Source: an uncultured bacterium (GTDB lineage Bacteria > Chloroflexota > UBA5177 > JANWHV01). From it: 64,000 nt of DNA. Both the position numbers and the translations under genes were made by a program. Shown piece after piece: positions 30,106 to 39,537 of the stretch. The notes below the pieces were generated by a model, which saw only the letters and a program-made list of their open reading frames with translations, did no database searches and was not told the DNA's origin. Within the stretch, counting starts at the first letter, position 1. Each line of letters starts with the position of its first letter. The stretch covers positions 928,001 to 992,000 of the forward strand of contig CAWHAE010000012.1 of assembly GCA_963827235.1 (NCBI GenBank), given 5' to 3'.

Positions 30106-30657
30106 ATGAACGATATCGAGAAGGCGCTGTATGGGCTCTCCGAGCGAGTTGCAGCGCTGGAGGTCGAGAACGCTCGGCTGCGTGCCGAGCACCACGGACG
30201 GACTCAGGCGGTCAGTGGAACGGCCACGTATAGCCGGCGCGGTCTGCTGGCCGGGAGCGCCGGGATGCTCGGCGCCGTGGCGGCCGCAGTGACGCAGGTG
30301 CCTGTGGCAGCCGGTGCCGCTCCCGCGTCGAACGAGGGGGTCGTACAGGCCACGCAGTACCGTGAGCCGCACATCCTCGGCACCCGAGTGCGGCTGACGC
30401 CTCAGCACGGGGGCGGCGCCTACTCCGCACGCTACGTCTGGGACATGGATGGAACCTTCGCCGGTGACGAGCCCCCAGCCGTGATCGCGGCTGCCTCAGA
30501 CGACTATCACGGGAGCAGTGAGCGCGCCGAGCCCACGATTGCCGTTGCGCTACGGCGGAGCGGGCGTACGTGGCAGGCAGAGATAGTAGTGAACCACGTC
30601 GGCCACCTGGCAGCCGAAGTGACGTTGAACGCGATCGCATTCGGCTCGCGGTCGTAG
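30106..30657 (+). CDS. Hypothetical protein: N-terminal coiled coil + twin-arginine-like signal + small beta domain
   Basis: LSERVAALEVENARLRAE followed by YSRRGLLAGSAGMLGAVAAAV...VAAGA; GGGGGA RBS; third gene of the operon. Confidence 0.7.
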   Translation: MNDIEKALYGLSERVAALEVENARLRAEHHGRTQAVSGTATYSRRGLLAGSAGMLGAVAAAVTQVPVAAGAAPASNEGVVQATQYREPHILGTRVRLTPQHGGGAYSARYVWDMDGTFAGDEPPAVIAAASDDYHGSSERAEPTIAVALRRSGRTWQAEIVVNHVGHLAAEVTLNAIAFGSRS

Positions 30658-30752
30658 CTCACAGAGCATCCGCTCAAGCAAGTCCAAGAATCCAGCGTCC
30701 GAGACGAGGGCGCCAGACGCGTGCGAGCCGGTGAATTCACATGTCAGGTCGC

Positions 30753-31430
30753 TCAAACGCGCTGTGCCCGCTTCAACTCGACGATGATGCCCCAATCATC
30801 GGTCTCGCCAATGTTTTCGACGTCGTGCCAGCCTCCAGCCGACCAGTTGGCGACGCCCTGGCGGATGTCCGTCTCCCGCGCCGTGCCGTCAGGCAAGGAG
30901 AAGCGCACCCGTGCGGTGCTCAGGGCATAGGCCACGCACGGCGGGTGCGAGTGCATCCCGGTGCTCTCGCCAGGCCTGATTCGCAGTTCCAGCACGCGCA
31001 CCGCGTCATTATCGAGCAGCACGGTGTGGTCCTTCGGCGGCACGGAGGCAGCGGGAGCAGCGGCATCGGGCATCACCGCCTGCGTGCTGAAATCCACGGC
31101 GACGTACGGCGCTTCGCCGATCACCCAGGTGTCATGGCCTGCCGGTATGGCGAAGGCATCCCCCGCCGCCACCTCGCGCTCGGTACCGTCGGCCATACGA
31201 ATTCCGGCCCGGCCCGACACGACGTAGCCGGTGTGCGGGATCATGCACAGGTCGGTCCCCGCCGCCGGCCTGGCATGCTCCGTCCAGCGAAAACCTGGCT
31301 GGAAGGTGACCCGATTCGCCACGGTCTCGCCAAGTTGGATTACCTCGACGCGGGCCATGCTTCCCATCGGGAAGGTCTGGTCCGGCACATCAAAGCTCTT
31401 GGCCAGGGTCAGGGTGGTCATGGTGGTCAT
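30753..31430 (-). CDS. Tandem-cupin protein
   Basis: FQPGFRWTEH...CMIPHTGYVVSG...IPAGHDTWV and IRPGESTGMHSHP...WHDVENIG. Confidence 0.82.
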   Translation of the reverse strand: MTTMTTLTLAKSFDVPDQTFPMGSMARVEVIQLGETVANRVTFQPGFRWTEHARPAAGTDLCMIPHTGYVVSGRAGIRMADGTEREVAAGDAFAIPAGHDTWVIGEAPYVAVDFSTQAVMPDAAAPAASVPPKDHTVLLDNDAVRVLELRIRPGESTGMHSHPPCVAYALSTARVRFSLPDGTARETDIRQGVANWSAGGWHDVENIGETDDWGIIVELKRAQRV

Positions 31431-31516
31431 GGGCTTGTCCTCCGTTTCTCCTGCTCGTCGCGCGGGCCTCATCAGGCCCACTGCGTCCAGCCTACGCGGG
31501 ACATCGCCGCGTGCCG

Positions 31517-31577
31517 TCCCCCAGAGGGGATAGTCTGGCGCGCCGGAGGGGGATATATTCGCTCCCCAGGGGGATAG
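31517..31577. promoter_or_regulatory. Three GGGGATA boxes between the LuxR-ATPase gene and the cupin gene
   Basis: GGGGATA at 31526, 31549 and 31570 (spacing 23 and 21); two lie within TCCCC-n-GGGGA palindromes. Confidence 0.6.
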
Positions 31578-31607
31578 AGGCGCAACGCGTTGGTGTACCC
31601 CGTGGGC

Positions 31608-34067
31608 CTATAATGCCCCGGGCGCCCGTGCCAGTCCCTGATCGACCGCCCACCCGGCGATCTGCGTGCGGGAAGTAAAGCCCAGCTTGCTCAGAATGTG
31701 CTTGACATGCAGCCGGGCCGTACCCTCGGTGATGAAGAGGGCACCACCAATCTGGCGGTTCGTCAGGCCCTGCGCGACCAGCGCCACTACCTCCCGCTCG
31801 CGGACAGTCAGGCCGAGCTCCTGACGGTTACCGGGCGGGTCGCCTGCCTGCTCGGCAAGTGCCTCGGTGATCATCCGCTCTAGTGGCAGTGCGCGCCCCG
31901 CCGCCCAGGCTGCCGCCAGCCCGGCCTTGCCCAATCTGCCGAGGACCTCGCTCAGGGTGCGGTCATAACTGGCTTCGTTGGCAGGCCACATCGTGGCCCC
32001 GATTGCCTCGCGAAGCGCTTCCGCCGCTCCAAGTAGCTGCGCTGCGCGTTCCGGCTGCTTCAACGCAGCCAAGACGCCGGCAAGACCGGTCAGGCAATCG
32101 GCGACACCGCGCTGATCCCCTTGGTCCCGGAACAGCCCGAGGCTCTCTCGGAATAGCCTGCGCGCCCGCTGGGGCTCTCCTCCGCGCAACGCCACAGCGC
32201 CCAGGTTATGGAGCAGACTGGGCACACTGCCGGTGAGGCCTTGCCGCCGCAGTAGCGTGAGAGCTTCATCATAGCGCACTCCGGCGCCCGCGAAGTCGTC
32301 CTGGCTCCGAGCCAGATCGCCAAGCATGTTGAGCACCTGCGCTATGCCCCAGTCGTCGCCAAGTGCCCGGAACCACGCAAGTGCCTCCTGCAGCTGCGCC
32401 TGTCCCCGCCCCGAGGGATCGCCGTCGCTGATCAGCGCAGAGAGATCCAGCGCTGCCATGGCCATGGCCACGCCCCAGGCGTCGCCGATCTCTTTGAACA
32501 GCCTCAGGCTCTCCGCGGTCGACGCAGCCGCTTGCGGATGGCCATTCGCCATCGGCAGCGATTGCAGGGTGTAGGCAAGCCCGCGCTTGTCGTCGAGCGA
32601 GCGAAACAGTGAGGCACTCTCTTCCGCCCGCGCCCGCGCCAACTCGTTCTGGCCCACCAGCCAGGCCAGCTCGGCGGAGGCGTAGAGTGCCTTCGCGCGA
32701 ACAGCCGGAGCGGCGTCCTGGCCCCCGGCCAGCGCCGCTTCAAGCCAATCGAGTCCTTCGCTTACCTCACCGCGCAGATTCCAGAACCAGCCAAGCGCCC
32801 CGGCCAGCCGCAGACCCAGCTCTCGTGCGCTCGCCTCGGCGGCACGCCTGCTCCAGCCTAGCGCCGCGCGCAGGTTGTCCTGGTTCTGCGCCAGGCGCTC
32901 CAGCCAGGGGCCACGCTTCCCGCTCATGAGCCTCGGCTCGGCCATCTCTGCCAGTCTCCCGAAGTAGCGCGCATGGCCGCGCTCCGCGCCACCGGCTTCG
33001 CCGCTCATAGTCAGGCGCTCCAGAGCGTACTGCCGCACCGGTTCCAGCAGGTGGTAGCGCGCCTCCCCCAGCTGCATTGTTGGCTCGACGAGCGACTTCT
33101 CGACTAACGCCGTCAGGAGCGGCAATACGTCGGCCGGCGCAATCTCCCTGTCACTGCAGACGCTCTCCGCCGCCTCGACCTCGAAGCCTCCAGCAAATAC
33201 CGCCAGCCGGCGGAAGAGTGCCTGCTCCGCGTCACACAGCAGCGCATGGCTCCAGTCAAGCGTCGCTCGCAGCGTTTCCTGCCGCGGCTGAGTCCGGCTG
33301 CCGCCGCCGAGCAGGCGGAGTCCGTTGTCCAGCCTGCCGACAATCTGATCCGGTGTCAACGTCCACAACTGCGCAGCGGCCAGCTCGATCGCCAGCGGAA
33401 GACCTGCGAGCTGCCTGCAGATCGCCGCGACGGCGGGCGCAGTCTGGGCGGACAGCGCGAAGGCAGGCTGCCGTGCGCGAGCTCGATCGAGGAACAGCGC
33501 TACCGATTCGACCTGAGCGAGAGACTCCGGCGATGGGAGTGGTTGCACGCCGGGCACAGCGAGCGACGGCACGCGCCAGGTGACCTCGCCGGGTATACGC
33601 AGCGGCTCGCGGCTGGTCGCCAGAATCCGCAGGCTCGGACAGGCCCGTAGCAATGTCTCTGCCAGCCGGGCACAGCCGCCGATTAGGTGCTCGCAATTGT
33701 CGAGTACAAGCAGGATCTGCCGCGAGGCCAGTGCGGCTACCAACGTCGCCACCATCGAGCGGCTCGCGGCCCCGCGTATTCCCACCGCGGCGGCGACGGC
33801 CCGTGGCACGAAGGCCGAATCGGTGAGCGGTGCCAGCGGCACGAACCAGACGCCGTCGGGAAAGCTCTGCGCAGCGTCGGCAGCAGCGCGCACCGCAAGC
33901 CGCGTCTTGCCGCAACCGCCGGCACCGGTCAGGGTGAGCAGCCGCGCCCGCGCCACGAGGCGCCTGATCTCGGCGATCGCGCCCTCGCGGCCGACAAAGC
34001 TGGCGATCTCGGCAGGAAGGTTGTGCTTGGCAGGCGTGCCGTGGCTTACCGGCGACAAGTGGACCAT
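31608..34067 (-). CDS. STAND-type ATPase + TPR + LuxR HTH transcriptional regulator
   Basis: HNLPAEIASFVGRE, GAGGCGKTRL, LVLDNCEH, TSREPL, GLPLAIELAAA, TPRs, LTVREREVVALVAQGLTNRQI. Confidence 0.92.
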   Translation of the reverse strand: MVHLSPVSHGTPAKHNLPAEIASFVGREGAIAEIRRLVARARLLTLTGAGGCGKTRLAVRAAADAAQSFPDGVWFVPLAPLTDSAFVPRAVAAAVGIRGAASRSMVATLVAALASRQILLVLDNCEHLIGGCARLAETLLRACPSLRILATSREPLRIPGEVTWRVPSLAVPGVQPLPSPESLAQVESVALFLDRARARQPAFALSAQTAPAVAAICRQLAGLPLAIELAAAQLWTLTPDQIVGRLDNGLRLLGGGSRTQPRQETLRATLDWSHALLCDAEQALFRRLAVFAGGFEVEAAESVCSDREIAPADVLPLLTALVEKSLVEPTMQLGEARYHLLEPVRQYALERLTMSGEAGGAERGHARYFGRLAEMAEPRLMSGKRGPWLERLAQNQDNLRAALGWSRRAAEASARELGLRLAGALGWFWNLRGEVSEGLDWLEAALAGGQDAAPAVRAKALYASAELAWLVGQNELARARAEESASLFRSLDDKRGLAYTLQSLPMANGHPQAAASTAESLRLFKEIGDAWGVAMAMAALDLSALISDGDPSGRGQAQLQEALAWFRALGDDWGIAQVLNMLGDLARSQDDFAGAGVRYDEALTLLRRQGLTGSVPSLLHNLGAVALRGGEPQRARRLFRESLGLFRDQGDQRGVADCLTGLAGVLAALKQPERAAQLLGAAEALREAIGATMWPANEASYDRTLSEVLGRLGKAGLAAAWAAGRALPLERMITEALAEQAGDPPGNRQELGLTVREREVVALVAQGLTNRQIGGALFITEGTARLHVKHILSKLGFTSRTQIAGWAVDQGLARAPGAL

Positions 34068-34281
34068 CCCGCTCTCTCCTGGACAGCATCGACGACCAAC
34101 CACGCACACGCTCAACGGACTGACGCTCACACGACACCGGTCGCAACCGACAGGTGTCACCAATCGCACGCCCACTATCAGGCTTGCGAAGGTGATGTCA
34201 TAAGGGTACACATCCTGGATCTCACGGGCATGGTCGGCCGGCATCGTCGCCCTTCATCGGCGCCTGGATCGCGCTCAGCTT

Positions 34282-34647
34282 GTGGCTGTGCCTCGCCCTG
34301 GTTGTAAAGCAATCAAGCTGGCGGATGTAGTTGTACTCACGATCCCAGCCGGGCGCGAGGCGAGTGACCAACACTACCTGCTCGAGGCCGGAGGTGGGAG
34401 AGCTATGCAGCTGGGCGGCATGGGCGTCCAGTTCAAGCTGGGGAGCGCGCAGAGCCAGCGCCTGCTCGCGGTGGTCGAGCACCCGCTGGAGGTCGTGGCC
34501 GAGTTGCTCGCGGCTGCCGGGAGCAGTGGACCAGACCCTCATGCCATCGTGGAGTCGGCGGCGCGCCACGACCTCTCAGTAACGAACCCGGAATGGATAC
34601 CCGAGCTGACCGACAAGTACCACCTCAAGCTGCTCAAGGAGCCATAA
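34282..34647 (+). pseudogene. Internally deleted cupin-family gene
   Basis: N-part LGGMGVQFKL...AVVEHPLE joins directly to C-part VAELLAAAG...PDP...PEWIPELTDKYHL; the metal-binding core is absent. Confidence 0.55.
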
Positions 34648-34762
34648 GCAGCTTGGTGCGGAGGCAAACGTGGACTGGGGCCTGGAGCGGCGGCCGAAAG
34701 AGACCGGCTCCTCAGGGGCCCGTCCTGCCGCTCCGGTGTTTCGCCCGGTCCGCGTCTACTCG

Positions 34763-35314
34763 CTACCCAACTTCTACTCTCGCCTGCGTCGGCTCGCGGA
34801 GCACCCCATTCTGCGATACCGAGGGTTCGGTACAGAGGTTACGGTTAAAGCAACAGGGTCGTCGCATGCCGGCTTTGAGCTTCGAGCAGGCCACCTCAAC
34901 GCGTCGCCGGCGCGTTTCCGATTGGTTCGTTGCACGGATCCAGCGAATCCAGTCCCACTGCGCATGCGGCGTGATCTGCATCCATAGCGTGTGCGCCCGT
35001 GGGACGGTCACGAGAGCGTTCTGCAAGTCCGCTGGCACCTCGGGCGCCGGCCATTCTTCGGCTGGCTCAATCTCCAGCCTTACCGTATCGCCTGCGTCTG
35101 CTGCCGCGGCTTCGCGCACGGTCTCGTCGACCCTGAACCAGTGGCTGCCCTTCCCGTCGGGTTCGAGCGGGGCTTGAAAGCGGGACCCATTGATGGTGCC
35201 CTCAACCATGGTCATGGCCCGTGATGGAAGCAGCGCGCTTGCGCTCTTTGGCAGCCTGAGAACGGTCCATGAGCCGATCGTAAGCAGTTGAGCTTCAAAT
35301 CGGATTGTCGCCAT
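34763..35314 (-). CDS. DUF1905 + YdeI/OmpD-associated family protein
   Basis: LPSRAMTMVEGTING, LEPDGKGSHW, EVPADLQNAL, WDWIRWIRAT...TRRRRV; AAGGAG RBS. Confidence 0.85.
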   Translation of the reverse strand: MATIRFEAQLLTIGSWTVLRLPKSASALLPSRAMTMVEGTINGSRFQAPLEPDGKGSHWFRVDETVREAAAADAGDTVRLEIEPAEEWPAPEVPADLQNALVTVPRAHTLWMQITPHAQWDWIRWIRATNQSETRRRRVEVACSKLKAGMRRPCCFNRNLCTEPSVSQNGVLREPTQARVEVG

Positions 35315-35441
35315 ATGTCCTTGCTCCTTGACTCCGTGTCTCATCAATCGGGGGCATCCAACTCTCATCTGGATGACCGGCGACAGCAAAGGAGTGTGAC
35401 CGAGGGATCAGCACGAGACCAACGAGGTCTCTTGCCTGCTC

Positions 35442-36059
35442 GTGCTGATGTTGCTCGCAGCCTTTTGCCCTACGCCAGCGGTGTCGTTTTCGTCGCCGGC
35501 GCCGCGATCGTGCATGCCACCCGCCGGGATCGCGCTCACGCTGGACGTTCAGGCCGGCGTCCACGAGCCTCCCGGCACCCCCGTCAGGACCTTTCCGCTG
35601 GCCGAGGGCATCCCGCCACACGCCGCCGGATCCTACCTACCCGCAGACGTGGTGAGGGCGCAGACCACGACTTGGTACTACCCCGCATTCGTGGTGGGGC
35701 TGGAGGCCACGGCTTCCGCGACACCCGCGCCGACTCCGCCGCTGAATTCCGTCACGACCGTGACGATTACCGATCCCGTCGCGCTCGCCGTTCTGGTCCA
35801 CGCGATCGACTCGCTCACCGACATATGGCCCGCCGAATCGCCCGGGTGCACCGGGGGTCCAGACTTCGCCACCACGCTCGTCTTCAGCCGGAGTAATGGG
35901 CAACAGATCACTGTGCATGCCGATCCCAACGCGTGCGCAGGTGTCGCCGTGGACGGCTATGCGCTGCTGATGGACCCTTCGGACGTCGTCTGGAACGCGA
36001 TCGCAGCGCTGGTGTATCCACAAGGCACTCCCACGCCCTATCCGATACGGGCAGGCTGA
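35442..36059 (+). CDS. Hypothetical exported protein
   Basis: Hydrophobic N-terminus, Pro/Thr-rich, paired Cys; start uncertain. Confidence 0.5.
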   Translation: MLMLLAAFCPTPAVSFSSPAPRSCMPPAGIALTLDVQAGVHEPPGTPVRTFPLAEGIPPHAAGSYLPADVVRAQTTTWYYPAFVVGLEATASATPAPTPPLNSVTTVTITDPVALAVLVHAIDSLTDIWPAESPGCTGGPDFATTLVFSRSNGQQITVHADPNACAGVAVDGYALLMDPSDVVWNAIAALVYPQGTPTPYPIRAG

Positions 36060-36371
36060 GAAGAAGAAGGCAACACCTGCCAACGGCGCGTCCGCGGGGA
36101 CGTTGCGTGGCGGGACGTGGCAGGCACACGACACCCTTGGCGGTAAGCTCCTCGTACGCGGCGCCCACGTCGGCCATTCCACGCGCTACGTCATTCCCGT
36201 TGTCACCTGCAGCTGAGTGAGGCAGATCGCCTTCGCATCCCTGTCCGGATCCGACGCCGGCGGTAGAAGCGGTAGCACCAGTGGCATGGGCGCGGCAGGT
36301 GGCGCTGCGGGCCTGCCAACCAGCAGCAGGGGTGTCCCTACGCGCCCATTGGGTGCGGACGTTCGCCGTGC

Positions 36372-36469
36372 CCCAAGACCCCAGCGCGGTAGCACAAGAC
36401 GCACCGCATGCCCGGAGGCGGAACACTCGCCGCGCGTGCAAGAAGCGTGCAAGAACCGCGGACTATACT
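36372..36469 (+). promoter_or_regulatory. Phased CAAGA-box promoter, copy 1
   Basis: CCCAAGA 36372, CACAAGA 36393, TGCAAGA 36437, TGCAAGA 36448, -10 TATACT 36464. Confidence 0.7.
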
Positions 36470-36601
36470 CGTGGCACAAGACGCACCAAGCGCGTGGCCA
36501 GTCGAGGATTGCCGCACCCAGTCGACGCGGGCCATCCACGGTATGCTGCGCAGGCGGTGCTTGGCCGCCGATTGGTCATGAGCGTGGAAGGAGGAGACAA
36601 G

Positions 36602-36990
36602 ATGCGGGCTTTCGCGCATTGCACAGTCAGGCGCGCTGTGCTGCGCACGACGACCCCTACTACATCACGCTTGATTTCGACTCCGACAGCTTGCCCGGCC
36701 ATACTCGCCTCAAGACGATCGACTCGAACGACGACCCGTGCGTCGCCACGCACGACCAAGGCAGCACAGCGTCGATCTCGGTAGACCTAGACCACAATGG
36801 ACTCGTCTACAATGTCGCTGGGCATCCGAGCAAGCATTCGCGCAACGCTCATGTGATCACCGGCAAGGTGATCACGATCGATGAGGTGCCCGACAGCGAG
36901 CACGGCACGGCGACGACCACCATTTCCTGGAGCTTGCGCTACTGCCAGATGATGAGCACCCTTGCTCCACTGTCGCCAATGAAGTGCTAA
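36602..36990 (+). pseudogene. Frameshifted or deleted gene remnant
   Basis: Strong AAGGAGGAG RBS before ATG 36602, but the protein-like sequence (DDPYYITLDFDS...TTTISWSLRYC) is in another frame. Confidence 0.4.
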
Positions 36991-37360
36991 GGCCCAGCGC
37001 TGCCTGCAGGCTGGCCGGGGCCACCGAGCAGACGATCGCGCTGTCGCTGGAGCAGGCGCGAAAGCGACTCGACCTAGCAGGCGGTACCGGCGTGTGTGCG
37101 AGCCGGCCGAACGCGCGAGGGGATGCGTGGAATGCACTCGGAAAGGCTGCCAGCGACGACGATCCTGGCCAGTCGTATCTTGGAGTTGACCATGCCGTAA
37201 CTGGGGCCGTACGGCGCCGCGCCCAGACACTCGACACGGCGCTCATCTCTCTCTCGGGCCCGCAGCAGAGAACTTGACGGGCCCGTGCGACTGCGGCACA
37301 CTCTAGCCGGCGGCCCTCCGCGGCCGCGATCGGGCACCCATGCAAGGAGGAAACCCACCT

Positions 37361-38422
37361 ATGGAGTCCTCTGGCGAGCCCAAACGACCCCACTTTCATC
37401 TGCCCTGGCATCACGCGGGTCCCGAGCAAGAAGCCGCCAAGGAGGAAGAACGACGACGACGGGCTGAACTCGAGCAGCAGGCCGAGGTCAACCGCCGCGC
37501 GGAAGCCGATCGCCAGGCCAAGGATCACTGGCTGCTCGGCGGCGGCGGAATCCCCACGATGGCGACAGAACGCCTGTCGAAGGCACGCGGGACGGATCCC
37601 GAGAAGAGCGTGTTCTCCAGTGACCTGTCGCCTGACGAAGCCGCCCTCCTGCGGCGCAACGGTTATCGAGCGCTGGGCCTGGTCAGCGGAAGCGCCATGT
37701 ATCACGTCGGTATCGTCTATGCCTCTGCCTACCAGGACTCGGAGATGAGCGTGCTCTCCGGGGCCTACGACGAGGCGACCAGGCTGGCAGTCTCGCGCAT
37801 GCAGAAGGAGGCAGCGGCATTGGGCGCGCACGGCGTGGTAGGCGTGCGCTTCAACATGGTGCGGCGCGAGTGGAGCGAGAAGAGCGTCGAGGTGCAAATT
37901 CTCGGCACCGCGGTCGCCGGCCCAGCGCAAGACGCTCCCAGCGCGCCCTGGCTGTCCGATCTATCCGGCCAGGAGTGGTGGGCACTGTATCGGGCCGGCT
38001 ATAGTCCGGTTGGTCTTGTGTACGGTCATTCTGCCTGGTTCATCCTCACCACGCAGGACGACGAGTGGGACGAGAGCGGCGGCTACAACACGGAGCTCAC
38101 GCATTTCAGCATGGCACTCACGCAGTGCCGGAACCGCGCTGCCGCAACTGTCGTCGGCATGGCGCGGCACCTCGGCGCGACAGGCATCGTCGGCGTCCAT
38201 ATCTCACGCCGCGTGGAAGAGATGCGGCTGAGTGGCACCGACGAGAATCCGGCCTACGAGCGAGAGCATCATAGCCTGTTGCTGAGCTTGATCGGCACGG
38301 CGATCCGGCTTCGGCCGGACGCCCCGGCAACGCTGCGCGCCACCGGCAACGTGCTGTCGCTGCGCGATGGCCGATTCGTGCCGCCGGTAGTCTCGACGGC
38401 CGAGGCGACGTTCGAGGAGTGA
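37361..38422 (+). CDS. Tandem YbjQ/UPF0145-domain protein
   Basis: FSSDLS...LGLVSGSAMYHVG...AVSRMQKEAAALGAHGVVGVR...LGTAV, repeated twice; AAGGAGG RBS. Confidence 0.85.
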   Translation: MESSGEPKRPHFHLPWHHAGPEQEAAKEEERRRRAELEQQAEVNRRAEADRQAKDHWLLGGGGIPTMATERLSKARGTDPEKSVFSSDLSPDEAALLRRNGYRALGLVSGSAMYHVGIVYASAYQDSEMSVLSGAYDEATRLAVSRMQKEAAALGAHGVVGVRFNMVRREWSEKSVEVQILGTAVAGPAQDAPSAPWLSDLSGQEWWALYRAGYSPVGLVYGHSAWFILTTQDDEWDESGGYNTELTHFSMALTQCRNRAAATVVGMARHLGATGIVGVHISRRVEEMRLSGTDENPAYEREHHSLLLSLIGTAIRLRPDAPATLRATGNVLSLRDGRFVPPVVSTAEATFEE

Positions 38423-38491
38423 GGCCCGACACCGCAATCGTGGTTGACGTACGTGGATGCGCCCGCGAGGGTGGGAGGAGAGGCGAGAATC

Positions 38492-39322
38492 ATGGACGAG
38501 CAGACCAAGGATGCAGAGTTTGAGACCCTACCGGCGCACGCACGGGAGCGCTTGGTGGAGATGCGCGGGCGCGACGAAGAGAAGCGGCTCTTCACCAGCG
38601 ATTTTTCGACCAGCGAGTTCCTGCTCGTGAAGGAAGCCGGATTCGATCCCATCGGGCTGGTGGTGGGTTCCAGCATCTACCATGTCGGCTACCAGCAGTC
38701 GAGCTGGAGCCAGAACCAGGAGATGACCGTCCTGACCCAGGCCATGTATCATGCGCGCGAGCTGGCCATGGACCGCATGGAAGAGGAGGCCAACGCCCTG
38801 GGCGCGGACGGCGTGGTGGGCGTGCGACTGGAAGTGAACCACAAGGAGTGGGGCGAGCACGTGGCCGAATTCGTGGCCATCGGCACGGCCGTCCGGCATC
38901 GCAACGACTCGACGCGCTTCAAGAACAAACACGGCAGACCGTTCACGAGCGACCTGTCCGGACAGGACTTCTATATTCTCTTGCGGTCGGGTTACCGCCC
39001 GCTGGGCATGGTGATGGGCAACTGCGTGTACCACGTAGCCAAGCAAGCGTTCGGCGCCTTCATGCGCGGCATGGCCCAGAATCAGGAGCTCGTGCAGTAC
39101 ACGCAAGCGCTCTACGACAGCCGCGAGCTGGCCATGGAGCGCATGCAGCAGGAGGCCGAGGCGCTGGATGCCAAAGGCATCGTGGGTGCCGACATCCACG
39201 AGCACTCGCATGCCTGGGGCAGCCACGTGATTGAGTTCTTCGCAGTAGGCACGGCAGTAGACGAGCTGAGCAAGGATCACGTGATCGAGCCGCCCTTGCT
39301 GGTGCTGCCCCTCATCGACTAG
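38492..39322 (+). CDS. Tandem YbjQ/UPF0145-domain protein
   Basis: FTSDFS...GLVVGSSIYHVG...ARELAMDRMEEEANALGADGVVGV...AIGTAV, repeated twice. Confidence 0.88.
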   Translation: MDEQTKDAEFETLPAHARERLVEMRGRDEEKRLFTSDFSTSEFLLVKEAGFDPIGLVVGSSIYHVGYQQSSWSQNQEMTVLTQAMYHARELAMDRMEEEANALGADGVVGVRLEVNHKEWGEHVAEFVAIGTAVRHRNDSTRFKNKHGRPFTSDLSGQDFYILLRSGYRPLGMVMGNCVYHVAKQAFGAFMRGMAQNQELVQYTQALYDSRELAMERMQQEAEALDAKGIVGADIHEHSHAWGSHVIEFFAVGTAVDELSKDHVIEPPLLVLPLID

Positions 39323-39537
39323 GAGGCGCGAGCGGTCGGCTCGCTGACCGAGCACTGCATCTCCCTGTCCTCCATGACGCCCAGCTGGAGCCCTGGCAAT
39401 CGAGGGGTCGACGAAGCCCGGAAGCGCTAGGTCACCGGTAGTTTGGAGGCCGAGCAATGCGACGTGACAGGGGCGATGCAGACGATCTCAGACCGGCGAG
39501 GCGGTTGACATGCCGGGCGCGCGTTTCCGGGGGGACT

